From contig CP068257.2 of NCBI GenBank assembly GCA_009914755.4, positions 27,808,001 to 27,872,000 of the forward strand: a stretch of DNA of 64,000 bases, in the 5' to 3' direction. Positions 43,488-56,379 of this stretch are shown piece after piece. Under the pieces are notes generated by a model, which worked only from the letters and a program-made list of their open reading frames with translations, searched no databases and had not been told where the DNA came from. This stretch comes from the human T2T-CHM13v2.0 reference genome, Homo sapiens. Each line of letters starts with the position of its first letter. Position 1 is the first letter of the stretch. The position numbers and the translations under genes are program-made.

Positions 43488-46400
43488 CAAACGTACCTGA
43501 CTTTCTCTTTGCCTTTCTTCTGCTGGACTCCCACCTTGTCCTGTAGCTATTCTAGGGTTCTAGAGAAATTTTATACAAGGGACAGTCTTTGCTCCTGGCT
43601 ATGACTTCTTCCCCAGATCCCTCTTGTGCTCCTCTCTAGTAAACTTGACCGTACCGTGAAGAAGCACAAATGATCACCCTATGATCTCACCTCGTCTGGT
43701 AAAGCCCAGCGACAGTCCAGCCTGCACCTTTCTTCTTCTCCACCTGGACCTCTTTGATTCTCCTGAGCTGTGGACTTTCTAATCTGAAAATCCTACCAAC
43801 CTACCTTCTAAAATTCCAGAGGGAGATGACTCAAGTTAGTGTCTATGCAATTTTCTTCTGGTTTTTCTTTAGTGACCAAAGCTGTAGGTTAGTTATTTAA
43901 GTTATACTTTATGCCCTGAATAGACATATTGGCAAATGAAAATGTTACCTGTCCAGACTTTCCAGCTTCCCTCCAGCAGGTCTTGTCACTTGGTCTTTTT
44001 TCTTTCCATCATGCGGAAGGCTTGTTCTTCCAACAGTTTCTTGCCTGCTTCACCTTGGGACTCACTGTGTGCCTTTAGAACTTGTCTAATCAGAAATTAG
44101 ATTGCTATTCCTGGCCAGAAAGCAGAGCCAGAGAAATTCGGACCTAGCCTCATTAGAACAGGACTTTAATCAGTTGAGCCTACCAGCCACACACAGGCTA
44201 AACATATATATTCTATATAAATAACTACACAAACATATTTATATATCTTTTTAATGTGTGTGTATGCACTGAAGTTTGCAAAGAACTGGGATAGAAAAGC
44301 AAATGCATATGATGATTAATGAAACCAGAATTTTAAGTGGTTCCTTGTTGTATATTTGCTGACAACATATTATTTTCCTTTTTGGAGTGGAGTGTGTAAA
44401 CCTCTGGGCAGGAAAGAACTATGAATTATTCTTTCCCTTCTAATCTACATAAATAAGAGATTCTAAAACTGTGCTTTTAGCCATTTACCATGCAAATAGT
44501 CACCAGGGATAGAACTGTTGTAGATCTAGAATATTTATTTAATGGCAGCTGCTACAGGACACATGCTTTTTGAGTTCAATGGCCTAGAATCTCCTCACCC
44601 TTACCAACCCCTCCCTTTTAAGGTTCATTTCTTGTGAGTAGCCTAAGATCTGCCTTGTAATCATGCAAAAGGATTTATTTCAATTATAAGAAATTTCATC
44701 TCTTCCCTGTGCCTTTTAGGAGCTCCTTAGAATGTCTGAAATACTCCATCCGGACTCATGATAATAGCTCCAGATTTATGCGTTATAACTGGGTGTCTTC
44801 ATTTTTTTCCATATCAGCAATGTAGATCTACCTTTTTTTTCTAACATATAAAAATCGATTTAGTAGGCCCTTACTTTGCTTTTGGTGGGGAGTTTTAATC
44901 TCTTATTATAGACCTTATTTCCCAAACAAAGGCACAAACAAAGAGGAAAAAAACAAGGTTAATAGTTTTCTTTATCACTGGACTCTATCCCCCTACCCAC
45001 CAATAACACTTAACTGGAACCCTGTCTGTTTCCTTCAATGACCTTTGCTTATGTTAGTTCTCTGAGACAAGAAAATGTGTGGACGCGCTAATAGACAATT
45101 TACTTTTTGTTTGCAAAAACAATTCAGTTGCCCAACACGGGACTGTGTTGTAGCTGTGGTGATTAGCAGGCAGGGTGGATAAAGCTTCAAGAACATTATT
45201 CAATGCCTAAATGAAGGTCACATTCCCAGCGCTAGTTTTAGTGTGCATGCAAATGATGGCAATTGCTGGGCTGTTCACTCTCACACAAGCAAGGCTTTGT
45301 TAAATATGATAATCAGTCAGCTGGGAAGGTAAAAGTTTCCTGCAAATAATATTGAAACATTTAAAATTGCATTGTTATGGAAAAAGAGACCACTCTCATT
45401 CATTCAAGTAGTATTTAACTAGAGACAAAATAAAAATGATTGTAGAAATCAGGTTGGAACTCTTGATTATTTAAAGTAATAATGAGGGACCTACTCATTG
45501 AACTACTTAATTTACCCAAAGAAGAGTGTTGAGGTTTCAAAGGCAAAACTTAAAAAAAGTCAAAAAAAGAAATGAGATGTATGGCAATGTATTTATTTCT
45601 GGGAGAGAATGTTTTAGTAACAGGGAGCTGTGAGGTGGGGGAGAAGTGGTTGGAATTATAATAATCAGCTTGGTTTATTGAATCACAATAATGAATCTCT
45701 CCCTTTGTCGACGTATGGCTAGTTATCCTCAGATTATCTTAATGATATCAGGCAGAGTGTGCCGTTGATCCATGCTTGAAAAGTAAAAATAGTTGACAGT
45801 CAAACTGATCTAATCTTGAATGCTGTTTGTGACAGAGGGAACGATTTTGTGAAAAAAGACGAGGTGGTTTTTATGTCGTGCAAAAGGCTGAAATAATGCT
45901 TTACATTATCGCTGATATCAGTTCCATTTAAAAAGTTTAACAAAGTGAGTTGTGTTTAAATGATTCCTCTGGGGTGCGCTCCTATTAACTCTATTAAATA
46001 GCATAGATACTTCTGGAAGAAGGCTGTTTGTACTCTATGCACTGGCAAAAGTGAAGTTAATTTCTGCACCATAATCTCACACTTCTCCTGACAAACACAC
46101 AAACACCTAATGACCACCAGCCAAAGTCTAGCAAACCAAAACCTAGTCCCAGATACTGCACAGATAACATGGCTGAATCTATAGGAGATGTATTTTAAAT
46201 CACAATCTTAGGGTGAGAATATTAGCAAGTTGTAGACAGAGACACTTTAATTTTCCCTTCTCATATTTACAGAGGCTTATAGAACACCTTTCTTAAGATA
46301 GGCATGTTAAGGGAATGAATATGTGAATGATTGCATGCCTGCATGACGGAAGCCATTCTGGAGGATTGGACCAGGGACACATCTTGAAGGGACTCTTGGT

Positions 46401-46499
46401 ATTTTAACGTGGGTGGGATGTGATTCAAAGAAATATTAAATACTCTTGCTAAAATGGAGCCAATAATAATAATAATACAAATAACATGGAGCTAATAAT

Positions 46500-47280
46500 A
46501 TTACAGTAGCTAGCTAGCTAGTCAGGCATGAGCAAGGCAGGAGAGGGCTCCTCTGTGCCCATCAGGAATGTCAGGTGACTATCAGGTATGGTCAGGTGGT
46601 TGTTAACTGTCTCTGTAAAATAGTAATTGGTCACAGCTGGCACCAAGAAAGGCCGTCTCCCGATAGATAGAAACGCCTGAAACTGGTGATCAGCAGCTTC
46701 CCAGTAAGATCTCATGAGCTGGGCAAGTGGGTTCAAGCATGCACATTAAGAGGCAGAATATTCCTAGAATGTTCCTTCTAGAACATTCAGCTGGTAAGTG
46801 AAGAAGAACTCCTCAAGTAAGCATGTGTACAACTCCAGTAAACACCACACTTGCGGTCCCTCCCAAGTGCTAGCAGGCTACCGCGCATGCAGACAGCCCA
46901 CCCCAGGGGATGAATCAGGGGAGAAGAGATGCAAGACCCCGCAAGTATTTCAACTTATAAAACCCCATGTCAAAGGTTAAACAGGGCATTTGATCTCTCA
47001 AGTTGCCTGCTTGGCCCTCTTCCAAGTGTACTTTACTTTCTTTTGTTCCTGATCCAAACTTTTTAATAAACTTTCTCCCCTGCTCTAAACTTACCTCTAT
47101 CTCTCCTTCTGCCTTCTGCCCCTCATTCAAATTCTTTCTTCTGAGGAGGCAACAGGTTGCTTCAGGCCCTCGTGGATCTGCCACTGCTAACCTGCTTTGG
47201 TACCGTGCAACTCAGATGCTTTCTGCTGCTAACAATAGTAGCAGCTTCTTCACAGGGGTTTGTGAAGAATGCATATAAAG
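46500..47280 (+). mobile_element. Possible solo LTR of an unidentified ERV family (speculative)
   Basis: Non-Alu sequence with repeated tcaggt motifs: caggaatgtcaggtgactatcaggtatggtcaggtgg. It has a TATA-like cttataaaacccc at ~46955 and an aataaactttctcccctgctc poly-A-signal-like motif at ~47075, followed by a T/C-rich segment. That is a U3-R-U5-like layout, with no homology I can verify. Confidence 0.2.
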
Positions 47281-47744
47281 CTCATATATACATTCCTGGC
47301 ACATTGTAGAAGCTATAGAAGTGTTGGTTATTGTTATTTTATTATATTGAAGAGGAAAAATTAGCTCCAGTGAAGGGCCTTAGAAAGGGAGAGTGTGAAG
47401 TTTCTATTCCTCTGTCAAGAAGATGGTATCTGCCAAATTCTGACTTTTCTGGGCCTCGAGTGGGCACTTTCGCCCTTTTTTCATAAAAATAACTAAGCTA
47501 ATATTATATTTTATGATTATGTTGATATAAAGATGAACACAATTCAGGCTGGATTTATTATCATATATTTATTGTTATTAATATTTTTCTTCTGACTTAA
47601 ATAAAATTAAAATATTTTTGTGGATTCCTAATGTTCTGTGGGCCATAGGCACTGTGTCTACTGTAACTGGCTAGGGGTCTGGGGTAGGGCTGGGAGTGAG
47701 GTTGCTGGAGAGAAAGAGGTAGACCAGGAAGACAGTCTTCATTG

Positions 47745-47985
47745 CATGTAGTGGCTTAGAATCTAGGCTCTGGGTTCAATTCCAGGCTCTACCACTTACT
47801 GATTTTTGTGACTTTGGATAATTTATTTAACATCTAAACTTTAAAATTTCCTCATCTACAAAGTGGGATAAAAACAATAATACAAACTCACAGGGCTATT
47901 TGTAACATCAGAATGCAATTATTTATATAAAGCACTTAGTATGATTTCTGGTACACAGTGAACATACAATGACTATGAGCATGAC
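47745..47985 (+). mobile_element. MIR SINE, sense
   Basis: gtagtggcttagaatctaggctctgggttcaattccaggctctaccacttactgatttttgtgactttggataatttatttaacatctaaactttaaaatttcctcatctacaaagtgggataaaaacaataatacaaactcacagggctatttgtaacatcagaatgcaattatttatataaagcacttagtatgatttctggtacacagtgaac parallels the MIR consensus (..ctggctctgccactaactagctgtgtgaccttgggcaagtcacttaacctctctgagcctcagtttcctcatctgtaaaatgggg..cacagggttgttgtgaggattaaatgagataatgcatgtaaagcgcttagcacagtgcctggcacatagtaag). Confidence 0.85.
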
Positions 47986-49189
47986 TTTTAGCTCTATGTG
48001 TTTCTGGGTTTTAACCACCAGTGTCTCCTCCCCACTCTGCTCGCATTGCATTTTTCGTGGCGGTAAATTCCAACCTTCTGTGGATTTAGGGTCATGGCCC
48101 AGAGTTTTCATAACTTAGCAATGATTCCTGCCATTGTTCAGAAGTTTTTGAAAGTCCAAAGAGACAGGGCTTGATTCAAGAGCTCAAAGTGTTTATACAT
48201 CTTTCTGGGGCTTTTCTCTACCCTTCAGTCTTTATACATCTTCATATCATTTACAGAATTCTTCCCTGTGCTTTGTATCCAGTGGAAACTCATTAAATCA
48301 TACCTGCTAAATTGAAGTGACCTGGGGCAACAGAACATTTGAAGTAACATTAGGAACCCAATACTGCCCCACAAAGCTCTATGTCTATATGGAGTGGGGC
48401 CCTCTTGACTGCACAATAAAAATGTTATACAGAAATACTAGGATTTTGATATTTGAATTCAAACCCATGATTGAGACAGGAAAGAAAGAGGAGAAGATTC
48501 CCATGATAACTCATCTTAGGGCAGAAACGCCTCTGTCAACAAGTGCAAAATGTAGGAATTATCTGGAGGTTTACTTTCTGATTTACTTGTTTCAGAACCG
48601 GCCTCCTTTTCCTGGAAAGATTGTCCATCTAAGCCCACTAGTTCTGTTAAAATACACACGGAGGGGAAACGAGGATTAGTCAACCCGATTAGCCAAATCA
48701 ACCCTGATGGCAAATGAAGCAATAGACAACACTGCCAATGGTCACACCAATATTGTACTATCCCATTGGCAAGAAGACAGATTTCCCTCCCAGGGTTCAT
48801 ATGAAAACATAAAAACCAGAGATAATTTTTTTTTTAAAAAACTTAATTATAACAGTTTTACTCTTCTCTTTTGCTGATTTTTTTTTTTTTTAAAACCTGT
48901 TCCAAGGAGGAAAAGGATTTCATTGGAATCACATAGTGAGACAATTTACCTTGTCGAATAAAATTGCCAAAAGTTAGCAAGCAAAGAAACAAAGGATGTC
49001 AATAATGATCAAAGTCAATGATCAACTTCAGAGTCATAGCGGGTTACTTGCAATCCCCCTATTGTTTTTTTAGACAACGGGTTAAATTTTCTTGCAGTGT
49101 CTTGCAATGAATCTTGTATATTTTGCCAGTACTTAAAAAATTAAGAGATCAGAATGCCGTGGTTATTATACTGCTGGGTGAGATTTTTT

Positions 49190-49351
49190 GCCCTGTGAAG
49201 AGGTGCCTGCTTCACCTTCTGTTATGATTGTAAGTTTCCTGAGGCCTCCCCAGCCATGTGGAATTGTGAGTCGATTAAACCTCTTTCCTTTATAAATTAT
49301 CCAGTCTCAGGGAAGTTCTCTATAGCAGTGTGAAAATGGACCAATACAGAT
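49190..49351 (+). mobile_element. THE1/MST-type MaLR LTR, 3' partial
   Basis: gccctgtgaagaggtgcctgcttcaccttctgttatgattgtaagtttcctgaggcctccccagccatgtggaattgtgagtcgattaaacctctttcctttataaattatccagtctcagggaagttctctatagcagtgtgaaaatggaccaatacagatg matches the LTR 3' third. Compare 1520-1648. Confidence 0.85.
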
Positions 49352-49770
49352 GTTTTCAAGATGACTTAAGAAAGCTTGTCATTAATGTGCCTATGCTGTT
49401 ATCAGCATCCATGGTATCATCCTAGCCTTAATTTGTCTCCTATTGTGATGGTTCCTCAGTGTTCTTTGCTGTCACTCATCTCTACATAACCCTTGGCTAT
49501 TGGATTCCCTGGGGAGTCTTTTCTAAGCACTTTTGTCCTCTCACCCCACATGCTTTCCTCTAAGGTCTCATGCATTCCCATGCTGTATGGTTTCTACAAC
49601 TTTATCCTTAACCCAGGCCTCTCTCTGGAGTACCAGGCTAGAATATCCAATTGTCTATTTCACATTTCCATTTAGAATGTTTCCAGATAACTCAAATTTA
49701 ACCCATCCCAAACTTGATTCATTTTCTTCTCTTCTCCTTTCCCCTTCAAAAACTGCTCTTTTTCCAGTTA

Positions 49771-50005
49771 CTCTTGTTTCAGGGATTGGTAATCACCATC
49801 CTCCCACTTGTCAATCATCTGGGTTGTCACCCTTGACCATTCCCTCTCTTTCTCTTGCAGCCAAACACCACTGTTGTTGGCTTTGCCTTCTAGACAGCTC
49901 TGCCATACATCCACTTGTTTTTGTTCCCACTGCCACAATCTTACTCCATACTACCACTGCTTCTCTCCCAGATGACTTGCAATGGCCTAATAATTAGACT
50001 CCTGG
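49771..50005 (+). repeat. Source copy of a local ~235-bp duplication (unique, non-TE sequence)
   Basis: ctcttgtttcagggattggtaatcaccatcctcccacttgtcaatcatctgggttgtcacccttgaccattccctctctttctcttgcagccaaacaccactgttgttgg..cttgcaatggcctaataattagactcct recurs at 50904-51136 with a single mismatch (ccatActacc vs ccatGctacc). Confidence 0.95.
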
Positions 50006-50492
50006 TGACCATTTTAACCCACTCCCTTCTGTAAAGGAGACCATGCAGAAGTAGAGTAATTTTTCTTTGAAAACTCAATTCTGATCATACATCTCCTGAC
50101 CTCCATGGCAATTAGCAGTGTGGGACACTCAGTATTCCTGCCCCACAAAACTGTCCACCTTCTTCAAATGCTCTGCTTTTTGTTCACTTGGTGTAGCCAT
50201 CAAGTCTTCCTTCAGTTTCCTGAACATGCTGTGTTGTCTTGCAGAAACATAGGTGTCCCTATTTATCACTTAACTACTGGGCATCTTTACATCTTAAAGG
50301 TGACTTTCCTGATAGGACTTTTCTGAACTCCCTTTGTTTACTCCCTATCGGATCCTGTATTTTCCCACTTGGTAGGAATTGTAATTATTTGTTTAATGCC
50401 AGTTCTGTTAAGAAAGGATCATTTCTATCCCCAGAAATTAGAACCAGGTCAGGCATGTAGCAGTAGCTCAATACATCTGTGAAATGAATGAA

Positions 50493-50526
50493 AGAATAAA
50501 TAAATAAATAAAATAAATAAATAAAG
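50493..50526. repeat. (AAAT)n microsatellite
   Basis: aataaataaataaataaaataaataaataaag. Confidence 0.9.
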
Positions 50527-50857
50527 GAAATGAGAAATATTGCTTGAGTTTTGGAAAAGACAGTGGAGCATCCTGCACTTAAATATAAGGCCACCTGTAT
50601 ATCTATATATCTCTTCAGTTGAATGAATGCCAAAATAAGAATTTCCATTTTAGGGCAAAAAAATTACTGCAAGTCAGTAAGGTCCAGTGGAATGAGTTTG
50701 TCTAGTTGTCAGGAGACCTGGGTCCCATTGGCAAGAACTAGCTGTGATCTTGGTTAAGTCACAAAACTTTTTTTAATGCTTGGTACCTGAAATTTAAAAT
50801 GGAAATAAAATAGTTATCGCCTTAGAATTTGAAATAAACTTACAGTTATAACAGTAC

Positions 50858-51408
50858 TTTATTTATTTATTTATTTAGACAGAGCCTCACTCTGTTGCCC
50901 TCGCTCTTGTTTCAGGGATTGGTAATCACCATCCTCCCACTTGTCAATCATCTGGGTTGTCACCCTTGACCATTCCCTCTCTTTCTCTTGCAGCCAAACA
51001 CCACTGTTGTTGGCTTTGCCTTCTAGACAGCTCTGCCATACATCCACTTGTTTTTGTTCCCACTGCCACAATCTTACTCCATGCTACCACTGCTTCTCTC
51101 CCAGATGACTTGCAATGGCCTAATAATTAGACTCCTAATAATTAGACTCCTGGCTGGAGTGCAGTGGCACAATCTTAGCTCACTGCAACCTCTGCCTTCT
51201 GGGTTCAAGAAATTCTTCCTGCCTCAGCCTCCCGTGTAGCTGGAATTACAGGCTACCACCACCACGCCCAGCTAATTTCTGTATTTTTAGTAAAGACAGG
51301 GTTTCTCCATGTTGGCCAGGCTGGTCTCGAACCCCCGACCTCAGGTGATCCGTCCGCCTCGGCCTCCCAGAGTGCTGGGATTACAGGCCTGAGCCACTGT
51401 GCCCGGGC
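50858..51408 (-). mobile_element. Alu SINE, antisense, interrupted near its 3' end by a 251-bp non-Alu insertion (50901-51151); tail converted to (TTTA)n
   Basis: The Alu reads tttatttatttatttagacagagcctcactctgttgccc | insertion | ggctggagtgcagtggcacaatcttagctcactgcaacctctgccttctgggttcaag..gggattacaggcctgagccactgtgcccgggc. The insertion falls exactly between the consensus positions ..ctgtcgccc and aggctggagtg.. Confidence 0.9.
50901..51151 (+). repeat. Inserted duplicate of 49771-50005 (3-nt filler tcg + 233-bp copy + 15-bp tandem duplication aataattagactcct)
   Basis: Direct comparison of 50904-51136 with 49771-50005 shows one mismatch. The terminal aataattagactcct occurs twice in tandem (51122-51136 and 51137-51151) before the Alu sequence resumes. 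Confidence 0.95.
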
Positions 51409-52238
51409 TGCTTCCCAATTTTCAAGACTCATCTGATGTCCCTCACTTCATCTTGTACTTTGCCAGATTACTCTGGGAGTTCACACTGAGCTTCCTTTTG
51501 GTGATATTTTAAGGCACTTAAAATTCACCAAATTCTTCATCTAACTGATATATTTTGAGAACTAATTGTTCCTGTGCTAGTCTTACTTCTTCAAATAGAT
51601 TCTAAGTTCCCTAAAGTATGGAAATCTGGTTTATCATATTTCCATATGCCCTCAGTATCTGACACATGTTGAGTTCAGAGTAGGTGCACAAGAATTGAGG
51701 GGAGAAGTCTGGAAGGGATGGACATTTAGGAAGATGGAGGATCTGTAAAACCCTCTTGTCCATTTTTCACCAGTTGTCCTTGTTTTCACCAGTTTTTATT
51801 TCATCAAATATCCCCCCTAGATTTAAAACTCTCTGTTTAGCTCTTTTAAATCCAATAAAACACTAAACAGAGGATAAATTTAGCTCCTGGTAGAGGGTCT
51901 GCAAATGCAGATGTAGAGCATGTGGGAAGATTTCCAGGAGCTTTAGCAGAAAGTACCATATATTGGGCATTAGCTTTGGAGGCTGATTATAAAAGTCATT
52001 TTCTGTTTGTGATTTTGTAATCTTACTCTCAGGTGAGCTGTGGTCATTGCTGACAGGCAGGTCCATGCACAACAACCGTATCATGGTGCCTTTTTTCATC
52101 AATCATGAATATTTTTGTTGGGGGGGGGGGCTTTTTTTTTTTAAAGAAATCAATTGAAAGAAAAGGTAAAATAGGATGATCTGTGCTAGTTTGAGAAACA
52201 GATTAAAGAATACTAGAATACTTTCAAAAATTTATTCA

Positions 52239-52588
<350 letters not shown>

Positions 52589-54829
52589 CTAAACTCACCA
52601 AGGCATTATCTTGAGGGCTGCTCTCATAAGACAGAAGGATGCCCCTGGACACCTGTGAAGTGTGTGGGTGTGTGTGTGTGAATGTGTTTGTGTTGAAAGT
52701 GTTTTGGGGGAACAGGGCCTAGAATGGGGAAGCCTGGGAATAGTAGAATCCAACTACCATGGCCGTTTGTTATTTCACTGTTGAGAAACCTTCTACCTGT
52801 AATAAGATGGTTATTAAAATTTTAATCAGAACTTTTCTGTGCACCTGAGGGCCAGGTCACCGAGTTTGCAGCTCAAGTATGTAATTCCCATATAAAGGAC
52901 TTTAATTAAAAATAATAATGATAGTGTTATTTTCAATTTCTGAAATCTTGATCGTGTTTTCATTTGTCTGATCTCATTTTGATTTTCATCCTCTTAACAA
53001 GCCCATGAAGCAAGTAGGCAAGAATTACTACCTTCAGGAACCGCAATCCATTCTATTTGTGAAAATTTTCCCTTGGTGATCCATTTCATAGTGTATCACA
53101 AATTCCATCTCCTCTTTTCTATACCTGTCTAGAAATATCAATACATGTAAACTACACATCTTTTAAATAACACCGTGTTATATGTGAAAGCGTAATTAAC
53201 ATAAAAGAATATATTTTACATACATCAAGCATAGCTAGAGGTCTCTCTTGGCAGACTGAGAGGCAAATGATGTGCTCTGGGGTTGCCTGTCATTCATCTG
53301 TGAAACCCAAAGGGCCTTCTTGAGATCTGACCCAAGGTGATGTTTTGTCCCTGTCCACATAAAAAGATGCTAAAATTGCTGTTGCTAAAGACGAAAAGAG
53401 TAATCTCACATAGGGCACCTAATTATATCAATATGATGACTGTGGACTGTATATGGACACTGAGAATTCCTAGGGAGCCCACATATACAAACCCACTCAT
53501 CACCACCCAGGAGACGTCAGGGTGTGGTCTGCTTTAAGGAGCAGTCTTCCTGTTATAGTAGCCTACTCTGAATGTGCCCCCTTGGGTTCTCTCCCAAATA
53601 CACTGAACATCTAGTCATGGATACATCTCCCCTGCCCTTGGACACCATGTGCTCAGCTTTCTGGATGCAGGAAGTAAGCCATCTCTGAGTACCTGCTGCG
53701 TCTCTGGCACTACCAATTAGGGTTCTGTGTGCTTGTGCTGTGATGGAAGAGGGATGTAGAAGCTACGGGTAGGGCCTGTGTCAGTGGCTGTTCAGTCACC
53801 TTCTGTTGATTCCTGTTGCCTGAGCAACAGTCCCTTGTTGGCGCATCTAGAGGTCTAGGAGTCCTTCATGAGTTTCCTTTAACTCCAAACCCTTCCTTCT
53901 TATCCTTTTCCTGGGCTGTACAGAGACTCGTTACCATTTTATCCTCTACAGTCCTTTCTGTTTACTTAGTTCTACAACTGCCTCATCTCACTGTGTTCTT
54001 GTAGTATAACTGTGGGGCTCTTCCCCTTTTAGTTAAGAAAGAAGCAAGACCTGGAGAGAATAACATGCTCAATTATGGAGCCAGGACTTTACATAGGTCT
54101 GTCTAAGGCCAAAATGGATGCTTTTAACCATAGTCCCCAAAGATTATTTCTCTTTCAAGAAGACTGCCTCTTATGTATGGCAAGGGGGAGAGAGTAATAG
54201 TATCTATTCCTTCTTCAGGGAGGAACATGGTGGAGAGACAGAACGTTATTATTTTTGTTTGTTTGTTTGGTTGGTTGGAAGGAATTCAAATATGTGTTTG
54301 TTCCAGAGAGTGGCCTGAGAACAGAGGCCTGCTGTCAACTAGAATACTGAGTGAGGAAGTCTGGAAAGACCTAATAATCCTTATCTTGGGCAGTTAGACA
54401 TAAATTACAGGAACTGTAGGTTCTGCAATTCTCAACTTATGGATGGCTTGTTTTGCTTGTTGGTGGGCAGGGGAGAGTGCATTGAGTTGCAAAGTGAGTG
54501 GTAGAGTTAAAGTGTATTAATTTTAAGTCCATTCACATGTTGTCTAACTAGTGTCTATAAGATTAGCTGGAAGAACCCTAAGAAATCTAGTGTTTAAGTT
54601 TAAGGAGTGTCAACAAAATGGTCTTCAAGGAAAAGACACCAGACGAACCCAGGACTGTGCTCAGCTAGGACTCAGTTGTTCGTGCCTAGAGGGGTTAGGA
54701 GGCATCTTTTACTTCAGTTTCTATTTGCCTGAGTTTTAATTTTTTTCACTGAAATAAGTAGAAGGACAGGTTGGGGCTTCAGGAGTAGGATGACAGCTAT
54801 ATTTTTATGAGGTTTTGTTGAAATTAGCG

Positions 54830-55070
54830 TCTACATTTCAATAGCTCTACGTTCCCACCTGCTTGATGGCGGCACTAAAGGGAGCCCCTCAAAACCTCCT
54901 CTGCTATTCCAGGCATTCCAAGGTGGCCTTGCAGGACAGCAAGGAAGAAATTTGCTCCTGGACTATGATTTCAACCTCGCCTGCTGTCTATTGCCTGTCA
55001 TGAAGAAGGCATCGTGATGAGGTATTGCTTTCACACCCTCTGAGAGAATAGGACTGCCACATACTACCAT
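54830..55070 (+). repeat. Arm A of a diverged ~240-bp inverted repeat (partner at 56380-56640)
   Basis: catttcaatagctctacgttcccacctgcttgatggcggcactaaagggagcccctcaaaacctcctctgctattccaggcattccaaggtggccttgcaggacagcaaggaagaaatttgctcctggactatgatttcaacctc.. matches the reverse complement of 56380-56640 (..atttcaatagctctaagttcccacctgcttgatggcagtgctgaagggagcccctcagagcctcctctgctattccaggcattccagggtggctttgcaggacagcaaggaggaaatctgctcctggactttgatttcaacctc..). Confidence 0.8.
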
Positions 55071-55500
55071 AAGCTTGATGGCTTAAAACAACAGAAATGC
55101 ATTCTCTCATGGTTCTGGAAGTGAGAAGTCCTAAATCAAGGTGTCTGCAGGGCCACACTCCCTCTGAGGGCTCTAGGGGAGAATCTTTCCTTGCCCCCTC
55201 CAGCTTCTGATGGCTCCTGGTGTTTCTTGCTTGTGGTAGCATCACTCCAATCTCTGTCTTCATCTTCAGCATTGCTCTAATCTCTGTCTCCATCTTCCTA
55301 TGGCCTTCTTCCTTCCTGTGTCTAGAATCTCTTTCTCCTTTCTCTTGTAAGGACACCAGTCATTGGATTTAGGGTGCAACTGAAATCCAGGATGATCTCA
55401 TTCTAAGATCCTTAACTATATCTGTGAAGACCTACAAAAGACCTATTTTCATATGGTCACATTCATGTGTACTGGAGGTTAGCAATTGGATATATCTTTA
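55060..55500 (+). mobile_element. Ancient interspersed repeat, second copy of the 'ttctcacagttctggagg..' family
   Basis: gatggcttaaaacaacagaaatgcattctctcatggttctggaagtgagaagtcctaaatcaaggtgtctgcagggccacactccctctgagggctctaggggagaatctttccttgccccctccagcttctgatggctcctggtg..tcactccaatctctgtc..cttgtaaggacaccagtcattggatttagggtgcaactgaaatccaggatgatctcattctaagatcc..acaaaagacctattttcatatggtcacattcatgtgtactggaggttagc. Confidence 0.65.
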
Positions 55501-56379
55501 AAAATTGTTTATTTTTAATGTTTGTGTGTACATAGTATGTGTGTATATATATATATATGGTATATGAGATATTTTGATACAGGTATGCAATGTGTAACAA
55601 TCACATCCGAGTAAATAGGGTATCCATTGCCTCAAGCATTTGTCCTTTCTTTGTGTTACAGACAATCCAATTATACTTAGTTATTTTCAAATGTACAGTA
55701 AAATATTGTTGACTGTAGTTAGCCTGTGGTACTATCAAATACTAGATCTTATTCGTTCTATCTAATTATATTTTTATACCCATTAACCATCCCCACTCCT
55801 TACCCCAGCTACCCTTGCCAGTCTCTGGTAACCATCATTCTACTCTCTATCTCTATGAGATCAATTTAAAAAAAATTTTTAGCTCTCACAAATAAGTGAG
55901 AACATTCGAAGTTTGTCTTTCTACGCCTGGCTTATTTCATTTAACATAATGACCTCCAGTTCCATCTATGTTGTTATGAGTGATAGGATCTCATTTTTTT
56001 ATGACTGAATAGTACTCCATTGGGTATATGCACCGCATTTTCTTTATTCATTTGTCTGTTGATCAGCACTTACATTGCTTTGGATATATCTTTTGAGAAG
56101 ACACCATTCATCCCATTGTAGGGACAAAGGCAACTGGAGAAAAGAGAAAGAAGAGAATAAATAAGGGTATGGAAGGAGTGGGGGCACTTGTGTCCTACTC
56201 CCTTTCTAGAGTATGGCAGAGCCAATTCTCAACCCTAGTAAGGGAGTAGGTTAAGTCAGAAGCCTAAGGACTTGCGAATCCAGCATGAACAGAGCAACTT
56301 CAGGGCTTAAGTGGAAAAGGTGACTGCGACCATGATCCTAGTATTATTGAGGCGGCCTGTGACCTTGGGGTGGCTACCA

